Shown: positions 23,901-32,304, numbered from the stretch's first letter. The stretch is 64,000 bases of DNA from an uncultured virus (IMG/VR IMGVR_UViG_3300042473_000519) (IMGVR_UViG_3300042473_000519); one strand, 5' to 3'. Made by a program: numbers and translations. Notes: generated by a model from the letters alone, not told the origin.

Positions 23901-26553
23901 TAATTTCTTGTAAAATTAAATTTACTTGTTCTACAGGAGTTGTATTAACACCTAGCGAAGTAGCAATTGAAACAAAATTACGTTTAAACTGATTATAGCT
24001 ATCTCGTGCTTGCTCAATTGCACGAACAATATTATTTGTGCCGGATGTAATATGGTATAAACTTAAACTTGCAGGACCGCTGTGTTGTACAAATTTAGTC
24101 CCGTAAGGAGTAACGTTTCCTAAATCTCGTAAATTGCTTGCACCTGGAAATACTCCAATAAAAGTAATGTCACTATCTAAATCATAATCAATTTCTTCTA
24201 TAGTCTCAGATTCTTCCATATAGACATTATCAATAATACTATCAACATGGTCAATTACTTCACCCAATGTAAAATTAGAAATATCACTATTAAGAGGATT
24301 GTTTTTTAAATTAACTGGAATTTCATAGAAGCCATTTGAATTAATAGGTTGGGCAGCAAATGCTCGAATAGTTAACACATCGGTAAGCAATATATCAGTC
24401 TTAAGTTTAATTTGTTTATAGTCAGGGTTATTAACTAGTACCCAATGATCTCTAGCAAGACGTTTTCCGTTAATGTACACCCTAACAATTAAATCGTTAA
24501 GATTGGAAACATCGTCAAATATATCAATGTTAAAATTATTTGTTTTGTTAGAATTTTTGTAAATTCGTATTGCAGCCTGGGTAGTTGTAGTTGTTGCAAG
24601 TTGCCAACCGTTGATAAAATTTACTTCTCCAGTGTAACTAGTTTTAACAAGATATCCTGTTTTAACAGATTTATTAATGATATTAATAATGTCTTTGTAT
24701 TGGAATGTGTCTGTTGCTAAATTAAAATTAAAAACAATATCACCAATATTAGCAATATTTTTGTAGGATAATGCAAATCCTAAGTTTGTATCCGGGTCTC
24801 CACTGCCAACTTTGTAAGAAAATAACTGTGTGCCAACAAAAGTAGATCCGTCATATGCTGTCTTGTCAGCAAAACTTTGATTTAAATTATCAACAATATC
24901 AAACAACGGTGCTTGATTAGTGTCAGTTTTTTGTTGTGCAGGCAACCAAGTTGTGCCGTTATACCAATACATTAAACCCTGGTTCGCATAGCCTTGTTTA
25001 ACCAATACAACATCATTAAGTCTTGGCTCAGCAACTTTAACCAATCGAAGTTGCCTACTGCCTTCTGACAATTGTAAGACATCGATAAATTCTACTCTAT
25101 ACAAATTATTTTTTACTAATCGATCAGTGTCTGCTAAAAATAAAATTTGTTGGCCTTCTGCAAGACTAACACCATCGACATTGTATCCAAGTTTACCTTC
25201 GATGATAGAGAATGCGTCAATTGTAAACGAATCAATCAGATCAATGTCTGCAACCGCAACAGTGCCAAAATTAAATAATTTTAAATTAGCTTCAAATTCA
25301 ATAATAGGACGAACAGCACGTAGTGTTTGATCTAATCCAACTGTTGAATTATTATATTTTGCACTAGATTCTATGACGTCTTTGTGAAACCATCGATTAT
25401 ACCGTGACCAAGGATTATGATCTAAACTTGAACGATTAATAACAATATAATCAAGTGTCTTTGCAAACCCTGTTGAGTCTCCGAACCCATCGCTGTCGAA
25501 CGGTGTTGAATCGAATTTTAATACTTCAGACTGTGAATATACGCTAGACACTTCCAAGATAGATTTATTAATTAACTGTATAGCAGTACCTACGCCCTCG
25601 ACATAATATTCACCAGTTCCGTATTCGATTGGATTTACATTACCACCAAAGGATAATTTCATTCCGTTGCTTAATTTGGTTCCGTTACTTAATGTATAAA
25701 ATTTCTTTCCGATAATATCAGTCGCAACATCTATAAATGAATTTTCATCAATATCGTAAATTTGAAATACACCACCGAGATTTATATCAGTTTCACTTTG
25801 ATAATATAATACATTAGGAGAATTTAGGGGAATATTAAAAATCAAAGAACCTGTTTCAATTGAATTATTAGTAACTCCAATAGAGTATATGTCGGCGGCA
25901 CTGGTAGTTCTTGCAGTTTTGATACTAAAAGGATTACTTGCACTGTCAATTTCAAATCTATAAGACTGACCTCGATATAATTTAAGAACAGGATTTGCTG
26001 TTAACCCGTCAGGAGTAAACACATATTGATTATTAGCACCTACGGATTGTATTTTTACAGAATAAGAACTAACAGCGTTAGTCTGTTGGCCATATATTTT
26101 GATAGTAGAAGGTCCGTAAGGAAGCCAGTAATAATTTTGAAAGTTAACAAACTTATCCCAATCAATATGCGGATCCCAAGAATAAAATTCTTGTTTATTT
26201 AGGCGAGCATGATTACTAATATTAGCACCAAACACTTCCAATTGATTGATATAGTCAATATAATCTTTAAAAAATGTATTATTACCCAGTGTATCATTTA
26301 CTGTAAAGCTGGGTTCTAATTGATAATTTTGTCTATTTTTATCAGCAGCATCTACAAAAATATCAGTGCCGGTGGTTGCTTTTGCATACTGGCGGCCAAT
26401 GTATCCGTTAACTTTTTTAACGGTTCCTGGTTGCACTAACTGATCAATAGTAGCTTGAAGGAATCTCTTATTAGCATCAGTTTTATAAAAATTTGGAAGA
26501 AAATTTACTCCAAGACCTTTTTTAGATCCGGTAGGATTAATATTATCAGCCAT
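11953..26553 (-). CDS. Giant (4866 aa) baseplate wedge-associated structural protein, in the gp7-like position
   Basis: Uninterrupted 14.6-kb ORF directly after the gp6-like gene. Contains propeller-like FG repeats (FGSTLAISSD, FGNSISLSSD), GSGY..P..I repeats, GDGTT.F Ig-like repeats and W..Y..GD.V.Y repeats. Confidence 0.75.
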   Translation of the reverse strand: MADNINPTGSKKGLGVNFLPNFYKTDANKRFLQATIDQLVQPGTVKKVNGYIGRQYAKATTGTDIFVDAADKNRQNYQLEPSFTVNDTLGNNTFFKDYIDYINQLEVFGANISNHARLNKQEFYSWDPHIDWDKFVNFQNYYWLPYGPSTIKIYGQQTNAVSSYSVKIQSVGANNQYVFTPDGLTANPVLKLYRGQSYRFEIDSASNPFSIKTARTTSAADIYSIGVTNNSIETGSLIFNIPLNSPNVLYYQSETDINLGGVFQIYDIDENSFIDVATDIIGKKFYTLSNGTKLSNGMKLSFGGNVNPIEYGTGEYYVEGVGTAIQLINKSILEVSSVYSQSEVLKFDSTPFDSDGFGDSTGFAKTLDYIVINRSSLDHNPWSRYNRWFHKDVIESSAKYNNSTVGLDQTLRAVRPIIEFEANLKLFNFGTVAVADIDLIDSFTIDAFSIIEGKLGYNVDGVSLAEGQQILFLADTDRLVKNNLYRVEFIDVLQLSEGSRQLRLVKVAEPRLNDVVLVKQGYANQGLMYWYNGTTWLPAQQKTDTNQAPLFDIVDNLNQSFADKTAYDGSTFVGTQLFSYKVGSGDPDTNLGFALSYKNIANIGDIVFNFNLATDTFQYKDIINIINKSVKTGYLVKTSYTGEVNFINGWQLATTTTTQAAIRIYKNSNKTNNFNIDIFDDVSNLNDLIVRVYINGKRLARDHWVLVNNPDYKQIKLKTDILLTDVLTIRAFAAQPINSNGFYEIPVNLKNNPLNSDISNFTLGEVIDHVDSIIDNVYMEESETIEEIDYDLDSDITFIGVFPGASNLRDLGNVTPYGTKFVQHSGPASLSLYHITSGTNNIVRAIEQARDSYNQFKRNFVSIATSLGVNTTPVEQVNLILQEINKDKPVNFPYYFSDMVPYRASIKNNITVIDGRIKFYPLTNVFNLDNLSNKAVGVYLNGVQLIHTKDYTFDSQGFVNISATLLENDVISIYEYDSTDGSFIPETPTKLGMWPKYEPKLYLDTSLRTPRMIIQGHDGSQILAYNDYRDNIILELEKRIFNNIKISYDTAIFDIADVIPSYNRTTDYSLTEFNEILAPSFYKWSSLIDRDFTKPLNYNKDDSFTFNYTGHNAPDGRRLPGYWKGIYHWILDTERPQLCPWEMLGFTIEPLWWQEVYGPAPYTRDNRVMWQDISEGAVREPNVPTTYLKKYAKPFLINHIPVDEFGNLISPLAAGLSSTPLTARPTDGFIFGDISPVESTWRRSSYYAFSVILTSMLSTPSKTFGILLDRSNIVRNLTGQLIYKDTGLRATPADITLPSIYSSTTRKQTSGILNYIVNYILSDNLKSYDDYQYDLSNIKTQLSYRVAGFTSKEKFNLLLDSKSPLSEGSVFVPPENYTTILNVSSPVRKITYSGVIITKISSSEYEVKGYSKTQPYFKIYNFLQSGITINVGGISESFTNWEINQNYVAGKVVKFANKFYRTTISHLSTDSFNLNNFKSLSSLPIVGGRDAILRKTWDRESSITIPYGTRFASPQEVVDFLVGYGEWLKDQGFIFDDFNTTLNAVTNWETSAKEFLFWTTQNWSTGQEKWVDWSPVDAVEYGNVVKYNGDYYQALRKVEADPIFNEELFVKLDGLSSIGSPVISLSPAADKIIFNANLCVIDDIRNPFNGYEIFKADGTPLEALLINSYREDNAVSYSSRTSDGIYGASFYLIQHEHVILLDNLTMFNDTIYSPTTGYKQDRIKVAGYVSNDWYGGLDIPGFILDIAKIQNWTAWQDYDLGDIVKYKQFFYTASKFLIGSQSFIDEDWIKLDKKPTTQLLPNWSYKAAQFEDFYSLDSDNFDSNQQKMAQHLIGYQKRQYLENIIQNDVSEFKFYQGMIIEKGTQNSLNKLFDVLSAEGQDSLTFYEEWALRAGQYGASSAFDNIEFILDEAPVKNNPQGYELSDTTNSLTDFIIRQNANQVYLKPMGYNNNPWPIVNNYRPFLRSAGYVRSSEVFLTLKNLSDITSYDITTFTNKCYVWVTFEKNDWNVYQFTNSNINVSDLQYDSGSTTLTVTTTELLTLAVGEYIGLSQAPLLNGFYKVASVSQNKFTISITIKGWSQQLVPALILKINVNVLISRRLSSIDTIDQSITSNLELGEQIWTDDIGTGKWASWEYTPIYETTELTNSSPASLLNYGRYITSNQQGTLVVISTILGELQTWDKAGYKSPWLQRQNVQRPYISSVAGTGTLAGPAGNLPENIATVTAISYDGQWLATGSKLASNVYTRIKISGPYVIGDIAYNSGDTYYYEALANTPSATFSNGNVWKKLLYVPVTLIPGQDSGLIEQGVISLYKKDSNNVFTIVNSIVSPTPANYEHFGSNLVFGNNVLYIAASGYNVNAGKIYKLQYTTTEYKTAYYNPVGSSDTTLALSKDVGSIVNPTVGILPGMIISGEGFTSGQTVVEVSSNGTSLTISAPADSTPSGKISFSLVGWGYDKNLPSYEGTVANANFGSTLAISSDNNTLVISSNNGETVGRILIITNPGPNATQQLLVGTTTSFGNSISLSSDASYFVIGDSLASGNKQFQGKVTVYKKTSSGYTSYQELVNHKAEESGYFGSRVAFMNGSNTLVVYSSYEDTIIKTSLDQYATTLPTFSYIDADDNILTSTYVNDPTSDRNEHATTFDKDSTRFVSINVDSGRVDIYDKYLNNWVYSETLNNTLKVRDGYGIGFAVGNDRVIVGAPYALDRNLISGKVFDYLKPPGTNSWKIKYQEVDKPDVKKIRKAFLYNRVSGQLLTYLDLIDVAQNRPAGPAAGEIKYQSFYDPAIYSVGTGNVNVDADSPWNKSQVGRLWWDLRTAKFINSYDSDVMYRTNTWNTLATGASIDIYEWIETTLLPEAWNKLADTEEGIAAGISGTSLYGNSVYALRQRYDSISQSFRNTYYYWIKNKKTIPNVSGRHLSAQDVASLIENPRGQGYTYMALTGTNSFSLVNSKQYLKDTEVVLSVEYWTTDNINTNVHSQWKIINNDAGTVLPASIELKWFDSLCGKDLAGREIPDVSLPPKLRYGIENRPRQSMFVNRFEALKQFVEQVNLTLKDEQIVTTRDISKLKLYDTPPSLVTGLYDSTENTDAEIRFVNVGAYKRPIFGNPIIVDGKITGLDIQFAGRGYVQAPYINIIGSGIGAKVRAIINAVGQITGVTVLSPGEGYDNNTIASVRDYSVLIYSDSQALGAWALYSYEPTEKVWSRLQSQTYNTQNYWYYIDWFAKGYSQFTAADYAVNTLAELGSITVEIGQIVKIRNTSFGNWLLVEKYANNDLFDYTRSYNVVGIGNGTIQFSSSIYESVSTDEGYDGSTYDSAVFDNSPTTELRIILNALKDDILVDELKVKYLDLFFTTVRYALSEQIYIDWIFKSSFIKARHNVGLLDQPVTYINDNLADYQEYIAEVKPYKTKIREYVSSYQNRELSSSLISDFDVPPRYKNNKIITMDAYVSQGSLVTLDSAFNSYPWKNWVDNLGFVITELKIINGGSGYITEPVVRIISDSGSGAKARAFFSNGIINRIILLTPGSGYLSAPTIIIDGGILTTGTSAQVIAIIGKGLPRSNLIQIKFDRITQTYYVTHLEETETFSPNGARLQFPLTWAPDNTIGSSIVTVSGVTALRDSYKLSVVSTKTNGSTAYSGLIIFDSAPTGSVSVTYKKNAALLNAADRINYLYNPQEGDIGNDLSQLMTGIDYGGVVVTGLGFDISTGWGVLPYFTDKWDSVDSTFDDYIAVVSADTHTFPSNPADSLPTTWPVGSEINIYHTKYDIETHEAVAGQLVYSYNVNKNNPTVSVVYPTTSAGVDSNYDSATVYTTTTLKVVNTAGIDAGMIIIGTGFTSGQTVIERVNATTLTISAKADSEPNGTLHFTRSIRGGFTVQMASTIGISVGDIIKTTSVSAFGYGTVVTEIVEDVGVILNQIIYENLLPGTALEFSRDLIIPTNVNIYTAGIITLKEPADVGSIIKITGNLGPFRLDDPDYGTSQQSITTAVVTTPTYTGNITQTVSIPNDYAINDNDTIILRRSTSDGSIKSQDTDYDTALSGGEFTGNYSTGIFTSATGILSDDIILDGDDLISPTTSPAPEEVVPGQVVDAVAIKVYDQPPSGAANIMVDNFIADGDTTTFKLSLQPNTAEAVIVRKGTDLQTSGTDYTIDYRNRQVIFDIAPAAETIITTYTIGFSGSNILDIDYFVGDGTTQEFITRAPWLESTTALIYVDGIPVTPDIFKTDNTYNSVNRVAMRFGVAPEAGALLSFIIVAGDQQSFAVTKTERIVTNGSSVYSLEYKIGDALPNESNMVVRVNNTIVAGPVNSYFTISNNRLNYTIDPTKVIPYSTAITNIFVYVGSTRLNLGSDYTIDLGGITVKINKLIYSQYAKQTLVVSVTADQGYSYSPAENQITFTESYSNLDVVEVISSYKHDILDIERTMLTVSSNLSLTPDSVEYYSYKGITNGTLVLDRAVISDSYVWVIQNETILVPSVDYKLNEGRTSIQLTVEPSIDDKITLMTFGSNILMAGISYMQFKDMLNRVHYKRLSLNKRTVLVTDLKFNDRTIEVENADSFDKPNTLKNKPGIIEIRGERIEFYGLDGNVLSKLRRGTLGTGTPIVHKAGTYVQEIGPTESIPYVDSSMVEQVISDGESIVIPLNFVPAKSSIEQWFTNFGFTLTGNYNIAGGYNANDVVIYNSLYYVNVKSYVFNSIVTILPTNTTYWKLYDTTIPVGYGQCDEIEVFVGGYDTSVNWLPNVTYLPGIIVTLGSYTYKCMTEHTSTSNFKNDITNWTFFVGNIRLKKSPYEMHNENNAPNSPLGDIKLDAEFSVDGTSSAIRLTHKLSFGTRITIIKRNGIDWDSKTNIQYDNSKIAEFLRATPGTWYAENAIPDVQ

Positions 26554-29500
26554 TCGATGCTCCGTAGTTTGAACTAGTTATGTTTTGTGTATAGATTGAA
26601 TCCAATGCTGTTCCAGTTACTGATTTAATATTACCGGAAGTAATTCCAGCAATAATTTCTAAATCAGAAACTGTTGCACCATTAATAAAAATTTGGTCGC
26701 TTGGACATTGTATTTCAAATAAACTTCCAAAATACGATCCTGCTTGCCTTGGAACAATAATAAAATTTGTAATGTCTGGAGTAAGTTGATTCATTACGTA
26801 AGTAGATAGTTCTGTAAAATAGAATATGTCTCCGAAGTTCCAGTTGTCCAAAGTAAAGAACTGATTTATTGCAGTAATCACTCTGGATTTAATATCATTA
26901 TCCGACACAACTGAGCTTGTATTTTTGGTTATTTTAAAACTAGCTTGCACATCTATTGTTGCTGTGCTGCCAAATAAAATTTTATACTTTACAGGATGAT
27001 ATACAATTTCATCACTAATAGATTTAATTAATCCGAGTGCCGGGCCTATTGTATTATATAATTCAGCAGAACTTGGTGGCAAAGGTTGAGCTGTGGCGGC
27101 GCCGTCGATCCACTGTCTAAATTGTGTATCATATGCCCTAGTTAAAACATAGATGTCAATAATATTACTTGCACCAGGATCAATACGTGATTCATAATCG
27201 GCACTATGGGTATATTGGAATTTTAATTTATCACGTCCTGGATATACTTTATAATCAAGAGTTGGTTGAGCAATACCAAGTACAGCATCATATACTTTTA
27301 CAACACCAGTGTCTGCAAAATAAAAATATTGTCCGTTAGGATATCCTGCAAACGATCTGGGTTGAGAACTTAAAATCAGTATTTTATTAGTGGCATTACT
27401 AACATATCGGTAATCTTCTTGACCCGCTGAGATTGCATACTTTTCTTGCACAATATACAGTGTTAAATCAACTCCGTTTGCAGAAACAATGTCCAAAAAC
27501 ATCTGTGGATTATCGACCACACCGTTATTATCACTATCCTGAAAAGATACTACTAATTTCTTATTATCAATATATCCATCCATTCCGCTATAAGAGGAAA
27601 CAACATCCCAAGATAAATCTGTTGTAAACGGTGTAATGCTCGACGGTTTAGTATTAATACTTAAAATATTAATTGTATCGCCGACTATAGAGTTAGACGT
27701 GTTATCATAAATTCGAATATTATCATCAAAATAAAATCTAGTTTCTTTATCGCTCTCAAAAACATATCTTAACAATCGAGTAGTTATAGTATAATATTCG
27801 TTGTCAGTCGTGAACATTAATATCCAACTTGAATCTTGATTTTTATTAGTATTGTTACCCTGTTTACTTAAACTAAATGCACTAGTTTGATCTAAATTAG
27901 TTTCAAAAACCAATTGCCACGATTGTATAACAGTATTATACCTCAAACCAAACGGCCTGTTAGAATAAATTAAATCAATCATTGTTGAAATTACTGAACT
28001 ACTTAAAGATGTAGACAACTTGGGAATAATTTGAATAATTCTTGCATTTGACGGAATAATTTCATTCAATGTTACTGGACCATCAGTTTGGGACAAATCA
28101 GTTCCTGCATTGGTTACTGCTATAACTTCTGCCCATATGTAAGACAATGCACCAGGTGTGTTTGCAGTAGTATTTCCTAGAGGAATTGGTAACAACACAT
28201 TTCCATTAGTTGAATCAAAATACTTTCCGTCGGGGGGTAAAAATTTAATTAATGCACCCGGTGTAAGGTATTTTAAATCTGTAGAAGTATATGATCCAAC
28301 TGCATAAGCAATATTGTTGTCTAAAATATCACCAATATATCCTGTAGAAGAATTACTATCTGTTGTTTTTTTGTACCATGCAATCGGAAGACTGGCAGAC
28401 AAAAAAGTAACATTGTTAGAGTAATAAAAATTTCTCAAATCTGATTTTTTAATAATGTCATATACAGTATTTCTTATAATGCCTTCAATATCTGTTTTAG
28501 TCGCATAATTAAATTTTGTATATTGTACATACGAATCCTGGTATATCACACCGTCAGTGGCATACAAATTAGTTGAGCTATATTTTCCTGTAGGATCTTT
28601 AAGATCAAAATATCGACTAATTCCGCTGGCAGTTCTATTAACTGCTTTAATCTTTGCGGCTTGTTGTGTAACTGATAACGGACTAATATTATAGTCCTCA
28701 GCAGTAATCATTCTATTTTGTGTATAGTAAGTTGCAGGTGCATTTGCTTTAATAGATGCATTTGTTTCAGCAGTATCCGAATTAGAAATAGATGTAGGAA
28801 GATTCAATGAAACTACCAATGTCTCAGTTTGTCCTTTTTTTGAAATATAAGGAATTGAGATAGAAATGTTTCTAATATCAGCAGGATTAATTACATAACT
28901 AAGGCCGTTACTAATTCTATAATAAGTTCTAAATGTTCCAAGTGGTAAATTTCCAAATGTGCCGTCACTAAATGCTAAACTAACGGAATCGCTTGCCCGT
29001 GTAATTACAGCATATATGTTCCTAATACTTTTATTAAGACTGTTATAGATTACGTTATTACCTTCGAGGCTAGAAATCTTTGTCCATAGTTCCGATTCAT
29101 TCCCGTTTTCATCTAATCTATATAACCATACATCATTATTGTTAATGTTTGTAGTTGCTAAATCAACAGACTCGTTTGAACTTGGTTGCGTAATTGTAAA
29201 CGTGCCAGTACTTAATGTACCTTGTGTAAAATTAAAAAAGAAACCACTACCCGGACTACTTGCACCATAGCCGTCTTCTTTATAAATGCAAGCTGGATGA
29301 TTTCCAATTTTTGGAGTTTCTTCGTAGATATAATCCTGTCCACTAAAAGTTGTGCTGGTAATTTCAAAATTCATATTTCGACCAGCAACTGACTTTGAAA
29401 AAGTGTAGATAGGAATGTCAGTGTTTGCACCCTGGAATCGATATTGACTAGTTGGTATTCCGTAGATTGTTGCCTTATCGCTAGGATTTCCAAATTGTTG

Positions 29501-30001
29501 TGTCGAGCTCATTGCGGCGTTCATAACTTTGATAAACTGGTCATACCAGTTTGAATTAGCAGGATCATTCCATGTGATCATTTGGCCAGATAAGTTTCTG
29601 CCATTACTGTCTACCACTGTTTCGGTAGTTCTAATTGTTGAAAATTTTAATAATCCTTGTGCTGGTATATTACGTTTGGCATTGTAGCTGATTAGGCGGG
29701 CCAGTCGTAGTACACTGTCTCGGCGTTCAGCAAGTTCTAAGAAATTTTCACGAGCATTTAAGTCCACACGGAAAGCTATGCTTTGGCCCAAGAATGCAAT
29801 AAGATCCACTAGGGCAAGGTATTCACTGGATTCAATGTAATCGTTAAAATCTTCAGGATAATTTGTACGCAAATAGGTAATCATAGTCCTACGAAGATTT
29901 TCAAAGTCGTAACTCTGGAAGTCAGCATTGCGGAAAGACTGATAAATTTTCTTCCAGTCTTCGCTAATTAATAAATTATTTTGTCTATCAGTTGAACTCA
30001 T
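26546..30001 (-). CDS. gp6: Baseplate wedge subunit, gp6-like
   Basis: YDFENLR..YL, LIAFLG..D..ARENFLELAERRDSVLRLARLISY, FSDGTFGNLP, ET.ASIKANAP..TQNRMITAEDY. Confidence 0.85.
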   Translation of the reverse strand: MSSTDRQNNLLISEDWKKIYQSFRNADFQSYDFENLRRTMITYLRTNYPEDFNDYIESSEYLALVDLIAFLGQSIAFRVDLNARENFLELAERRDSVLRLARLISYNAKRNIPAQGLLKFSTIRTTETVVDSNGRNLSGQMITWNDPANSNWYDQFIKVMNAAMSSTQQFGNPSDKATIYGIPTSQYRFQGANTDIPIYTFSKSVAGRNMNFEITSTTFSGQDYIYEETPKIGNHPACIYKEDGYGASSPGSGFFFNFTQGTLSTGTFTITQPSSNESVDLATTNINNNDVWLYRLDENGNESELWTKISSLEGNNVIYNSLNKSIRNIYAVITRASDSVSLAFSDGTFGNLPLGTFRTYYRISNGLSYVINPADIRNISISIPYISKKGQTETLVVSLNLPTSISNSDTAETNASIKANAPATYYTQNRMITAEDYNISPLSVTQQAAKIKAVNRTASGISRYFDLKDPTGKYSSTNLYATDGVIYQDSYVQYTKFNYATKTDIEGIIRNTVYDIIKKSDLRNFYYSNNVTFLSASLPIAWYKKTTDSNSSTGYIGDILDNNIAYAVGSYTSTDLKYLTPGALIKFLPPDGKYFDSTNGNVLLPIPLGNTTANTPGALSYIWAEVIAVTNAGTDLSQTDGPVTLNEIIPSNARIIQIIPKLSTSLSSSVISTMIDLIYSNRPFGLRYNTVIQSWQLVFETNLDQTSAFSLSKQGNNTNKNQDSSWILMFTTDNEYYTITTRLLRYVFESDKETRFYFDDNIRIYDNTSNSIVGDTINILSINTKPSSITPFTTDLSWDVVSSYSGMDGYIDNKKLVVSFQDSDNNGVVDNPQMFLDIVSANGVDLTLYIVQEKYAISAGQEDYRYVSNATNKILILSSQPRSFAGYPNGQYFYFADTGVVKVYDAVLGIAQPTLDYKVYPGRDKLKFQYTHSADYESRIDPGASNIIDIYVLTRAYDTQFRQWIDGAATAQPLPPSSAELYNTIGPALGLIKSISDEIVYHPVKYKILFGSTATIDVQASFKITKNTSSVVSDNDIKSRVITAINQFFTLDNWNFGDIFYFTELSTYVMNQLTPDITNFIIVPRQAGSYFGSLFEIQCPSDQIFINGATVSDLEIIAGITSGNIKSVTGTALDSIYTQNITSSNYGASNG

Positions 30002-30017
30002 GATGTATCCTATCGTG

Positions 30018-30025
30018 TATTTATT
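30018..30025 (-). promoter_or_regulatory. T4-type late promoter (AATAAATA)
   Basis: Intergenic, upstream of the gp6-like gene. Confidence 0.6.
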
Positions 30026-30046
30026 TTATATCAATAAGTACGCAGT

Positions 30047-30490
30047 TTATTGTGTTATCAAGCCGTTGACTTGATCAAATGTCAATTGCATTGTTTGCTG
30101 AATGTTATAAGCAAGAAATGTCAATGTGCATTGGATTTGTATTCCCTGATCGTAGCCTGTCACTATAACATTTTCTGCTTTAATTCTAGGATCGTAATTA
30201 ATAATTGTATTAACATTTTGCAGTATAACTTCTTTTATTTCAGGAGTTAATGGTTCAAATAATAAGTCCCATATTACAGTTCCAAAATTAGGTTGCATTA
30301 ATCGCTCACCCTGCCGTGTATAAAAGTGATTAAACAAATCTTGTTTAATCAATTCAAAGTCATATAAATTATAATTTTCAGTATTGGTATTGACAGTACT
30401 AAATCCTTTATACATTTTTGGCCGTATTGACTCGACCTGATTAACAGCTGGTAGTGTTATTTTTTTATATAAATTGGCATTTGAGCTCAT
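30047..30490 (-). CDS. gp25: Baseplate wedge subunit gp25-like (GPW/gp25)
   Basis: DFELIKQDLFNHFYTRQGERLMQPNFGTVIWDLLFEP..YDPRI. Confidence 0.9.
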   Translation of the reverse strand: MSSNANLYKKITLPAVNQVESIRPKMYKGFSTVNTNTENYNLYDFELIKQDLFNHFYTRQGERLMQPNFGTVIWDLLFEPLTPEIKEVILQNVNTIINYDPRIKAENVIVTGYDQGIQIQCTLTFLAYNIQQTMQLTFDQVNGLITQ

Positions 30491-32304
30491 TGTGGGCCTG
30501 CTCCTTGTTGTTGTTCAGCTGATGCTGGTGGTATTACTGTTTTAAAGGTATCTATTTTAGTGGTATAATTTTTCCACAGCGTTGGAGGAGTTAGCATTGT
30601 CTCACTAAATTCAGTTTGATCTTTTAGTTGTTCTCCGTCTGTATCCTCATACCGGCCGTCAATATCTCTATCTGTTTGAGAAGTTTTAACTTTTAACGGA
30701 TCTATATTTTCGTGGTATACATATGGTTCAGTTGTAACGACTCGACGCATAATTGTAGGAGAAAGTTTAGTATCATCGTACTTGCCCGTTTCAATTGATA
30801 ATTTGTGTAATTTTAATCGCTGTGGCAACTCTGCTTCTGATGCATTGCTAGCAGTACTTGCTGTAGATGCAGTAGGACCGTTAAAGTGTATATTGCCGCC
30901 AGATATAGTAGTGTTGGCTGCTTTAACTTCCATATTTCCGCCGGATGTTTGGAAGTTATGTCCGCCAATATTAAAGTCAAAATTTCCTCCTACTTTATGT
31001 TGATATGCACCATCAAATACTTTATCAGCATTACCCAATACGTGTTGTAAGTAATTAGTATCGTATAACTTGTTTACAGCTTGTTTAACATGATGCGTGT
31101 ACGTAGATTCGTATGTAATATCTACAGCTTTTTTAATTTGTATTTTTTGATCTTTATCTACGATAAGTTTTTGCGAACCCACAACATGAGTGTGCATTTC
31201 ATTACCAACTTTAATATTAAGATTTCGTTTGGCTTCAATATTAATGTCTCTGTCTGCGTAAAAATTTAAATCACTTTTTGTGCGTACACTAATACTATCC
31301 TGTGCAAAAATGTCAATCTTGCCGTCACTTGTTAATTCAATCCAACTAGTGCCGCGGGCATTTGTAATGTAGATTAAATCTTCGCTATTATGAAATAAAA
31401 TTTGATGGCCAGTTCGTGTTCTAATTCTAACCAGCTCATTATGCGGTATCTTGACATCGCCGTCTGTTTCATTATCCGCTATGCTGGCATATTCTGGAGG
31501 GCCGTTGCTTGCAGTAGTCTTGCGTAAAAAGCTATTGTCACCATCGTCCATAACAAAGGTTGTTCCGCCAAGTCGACTAACAAATGTATCTACTTTAGAT
31601 TCTAGGTTACCAATTTTTCCCTTTGGCCCTTTCTTATCAACCGGACCAGGTGTGCTAATTCCAAACACCATGCTAGGCACTTCTCTTCTAGCACTAGACG
31701 ATGTGATTCCTCTAATATCATCAAACAACAATCCCTGGCGAGACAATACATCGGTAAAAGGATGCCGAGGTTTTAGACCTTGCGTAATATCTGGATCGGC
31801 TGTGTTCTTGATTGCTTTATTATATTCTGCTACCGGTACCCGACCGAGTCGGCCAGCGTTATCTGGATCAGGATCTTCAACTACTTTTTGGGTAGCTGCG
31901 AGGCCTGGCACCATAAAATTCATGCCCTCATCTGCCACACATCCTATCCAAAATGCTTTGTCCACAGCACCATCAATCAAAATAATAATTACTAAAGATC
32001 CGACATCAGGAGGTACCATCCACATTCCGTAAGATTTTTGTGTATTATTATAATTGTCGGACTGCGGATCATCGCCAGGTTTTCCAATCAAGTGATCAGA
32101 ACTAGTAACTCCGTAAAACGGGCTCATATATCTGGCTTGAAATGTTTTAGTTTCCGATGTGTTACTGCCAACTGGCTTTAACAATTGAACTTCTAAAATT
32201 CCCATAAAAGTACTGTCTAAATGGCCGATTACTCTAGCGAGATACGGCCCGGGACGTGGATCATCCGGCATGTTGGAACTGTAGTAACTGTTGTCTTGTG
32301 TCAT
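30487..32304 (-). CDS. gp5: Baseplate central spike, gp5/VgrG-like (OB fold + beta-helix)
   Basis: ARVIGHLD..G.LEV, GMWMVPPDVGS.V..FWIG, IRTRTGHQILF, WIELTSDGKIDIFA and periodic beta-helix repeats. Confidence 0.8.
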   Translation of the reverse strand: MTQDNSYYSSNMPDDPRPGPYLARVIGHLDSTFMGILEVQLLKPVGSNTSETKTFQARYMSPFYGVTSSDHLIGKPGDDPQSDNYNNTQKSYGMWMVPPDVGSLVIIILIDGAVDKAFWIGCVADEGMNFMVPGLAATQKVVEDPDPDNAGRLGRVPVAEYNKAIKNTADPDITQGLKPRHPFTDVLSRQGLLFDDIRGITSSSARREVPSMVFGISTPGPVDKKGPKGKIGNLESKVDTFVSRLGGTTFVMDDGDNSFLRKTTASNGPPEYASIADNETDGDVKIPHNELVRIRTRTGHQILFHNSEDLIYITNARGTSWIELTSDGKIDIFAQDSISVRTKSDLNFYADRDINIEAKRNLNIKVGNEMHTHVVGSQKLIVDKDQKIQIKKAVDITYESTYTHHVKQAVNKLYDTNYLQHVLGNADKVFDGAYQHKVGGNFDFNIGGHNFQTSGGNMEVKAANTTISGGNIHFNGPTASTASTASNASEAELPQRLKLHKLSIETGKYDDTKLSPTIMRRVVTTEPYVYHENIDPLKVKTSQTDRDIDGRYEDTDGEQLKDQTEFSETMLTPPTLWKNYTTKIDTFKTVIPPASAEQQQGAGPQ

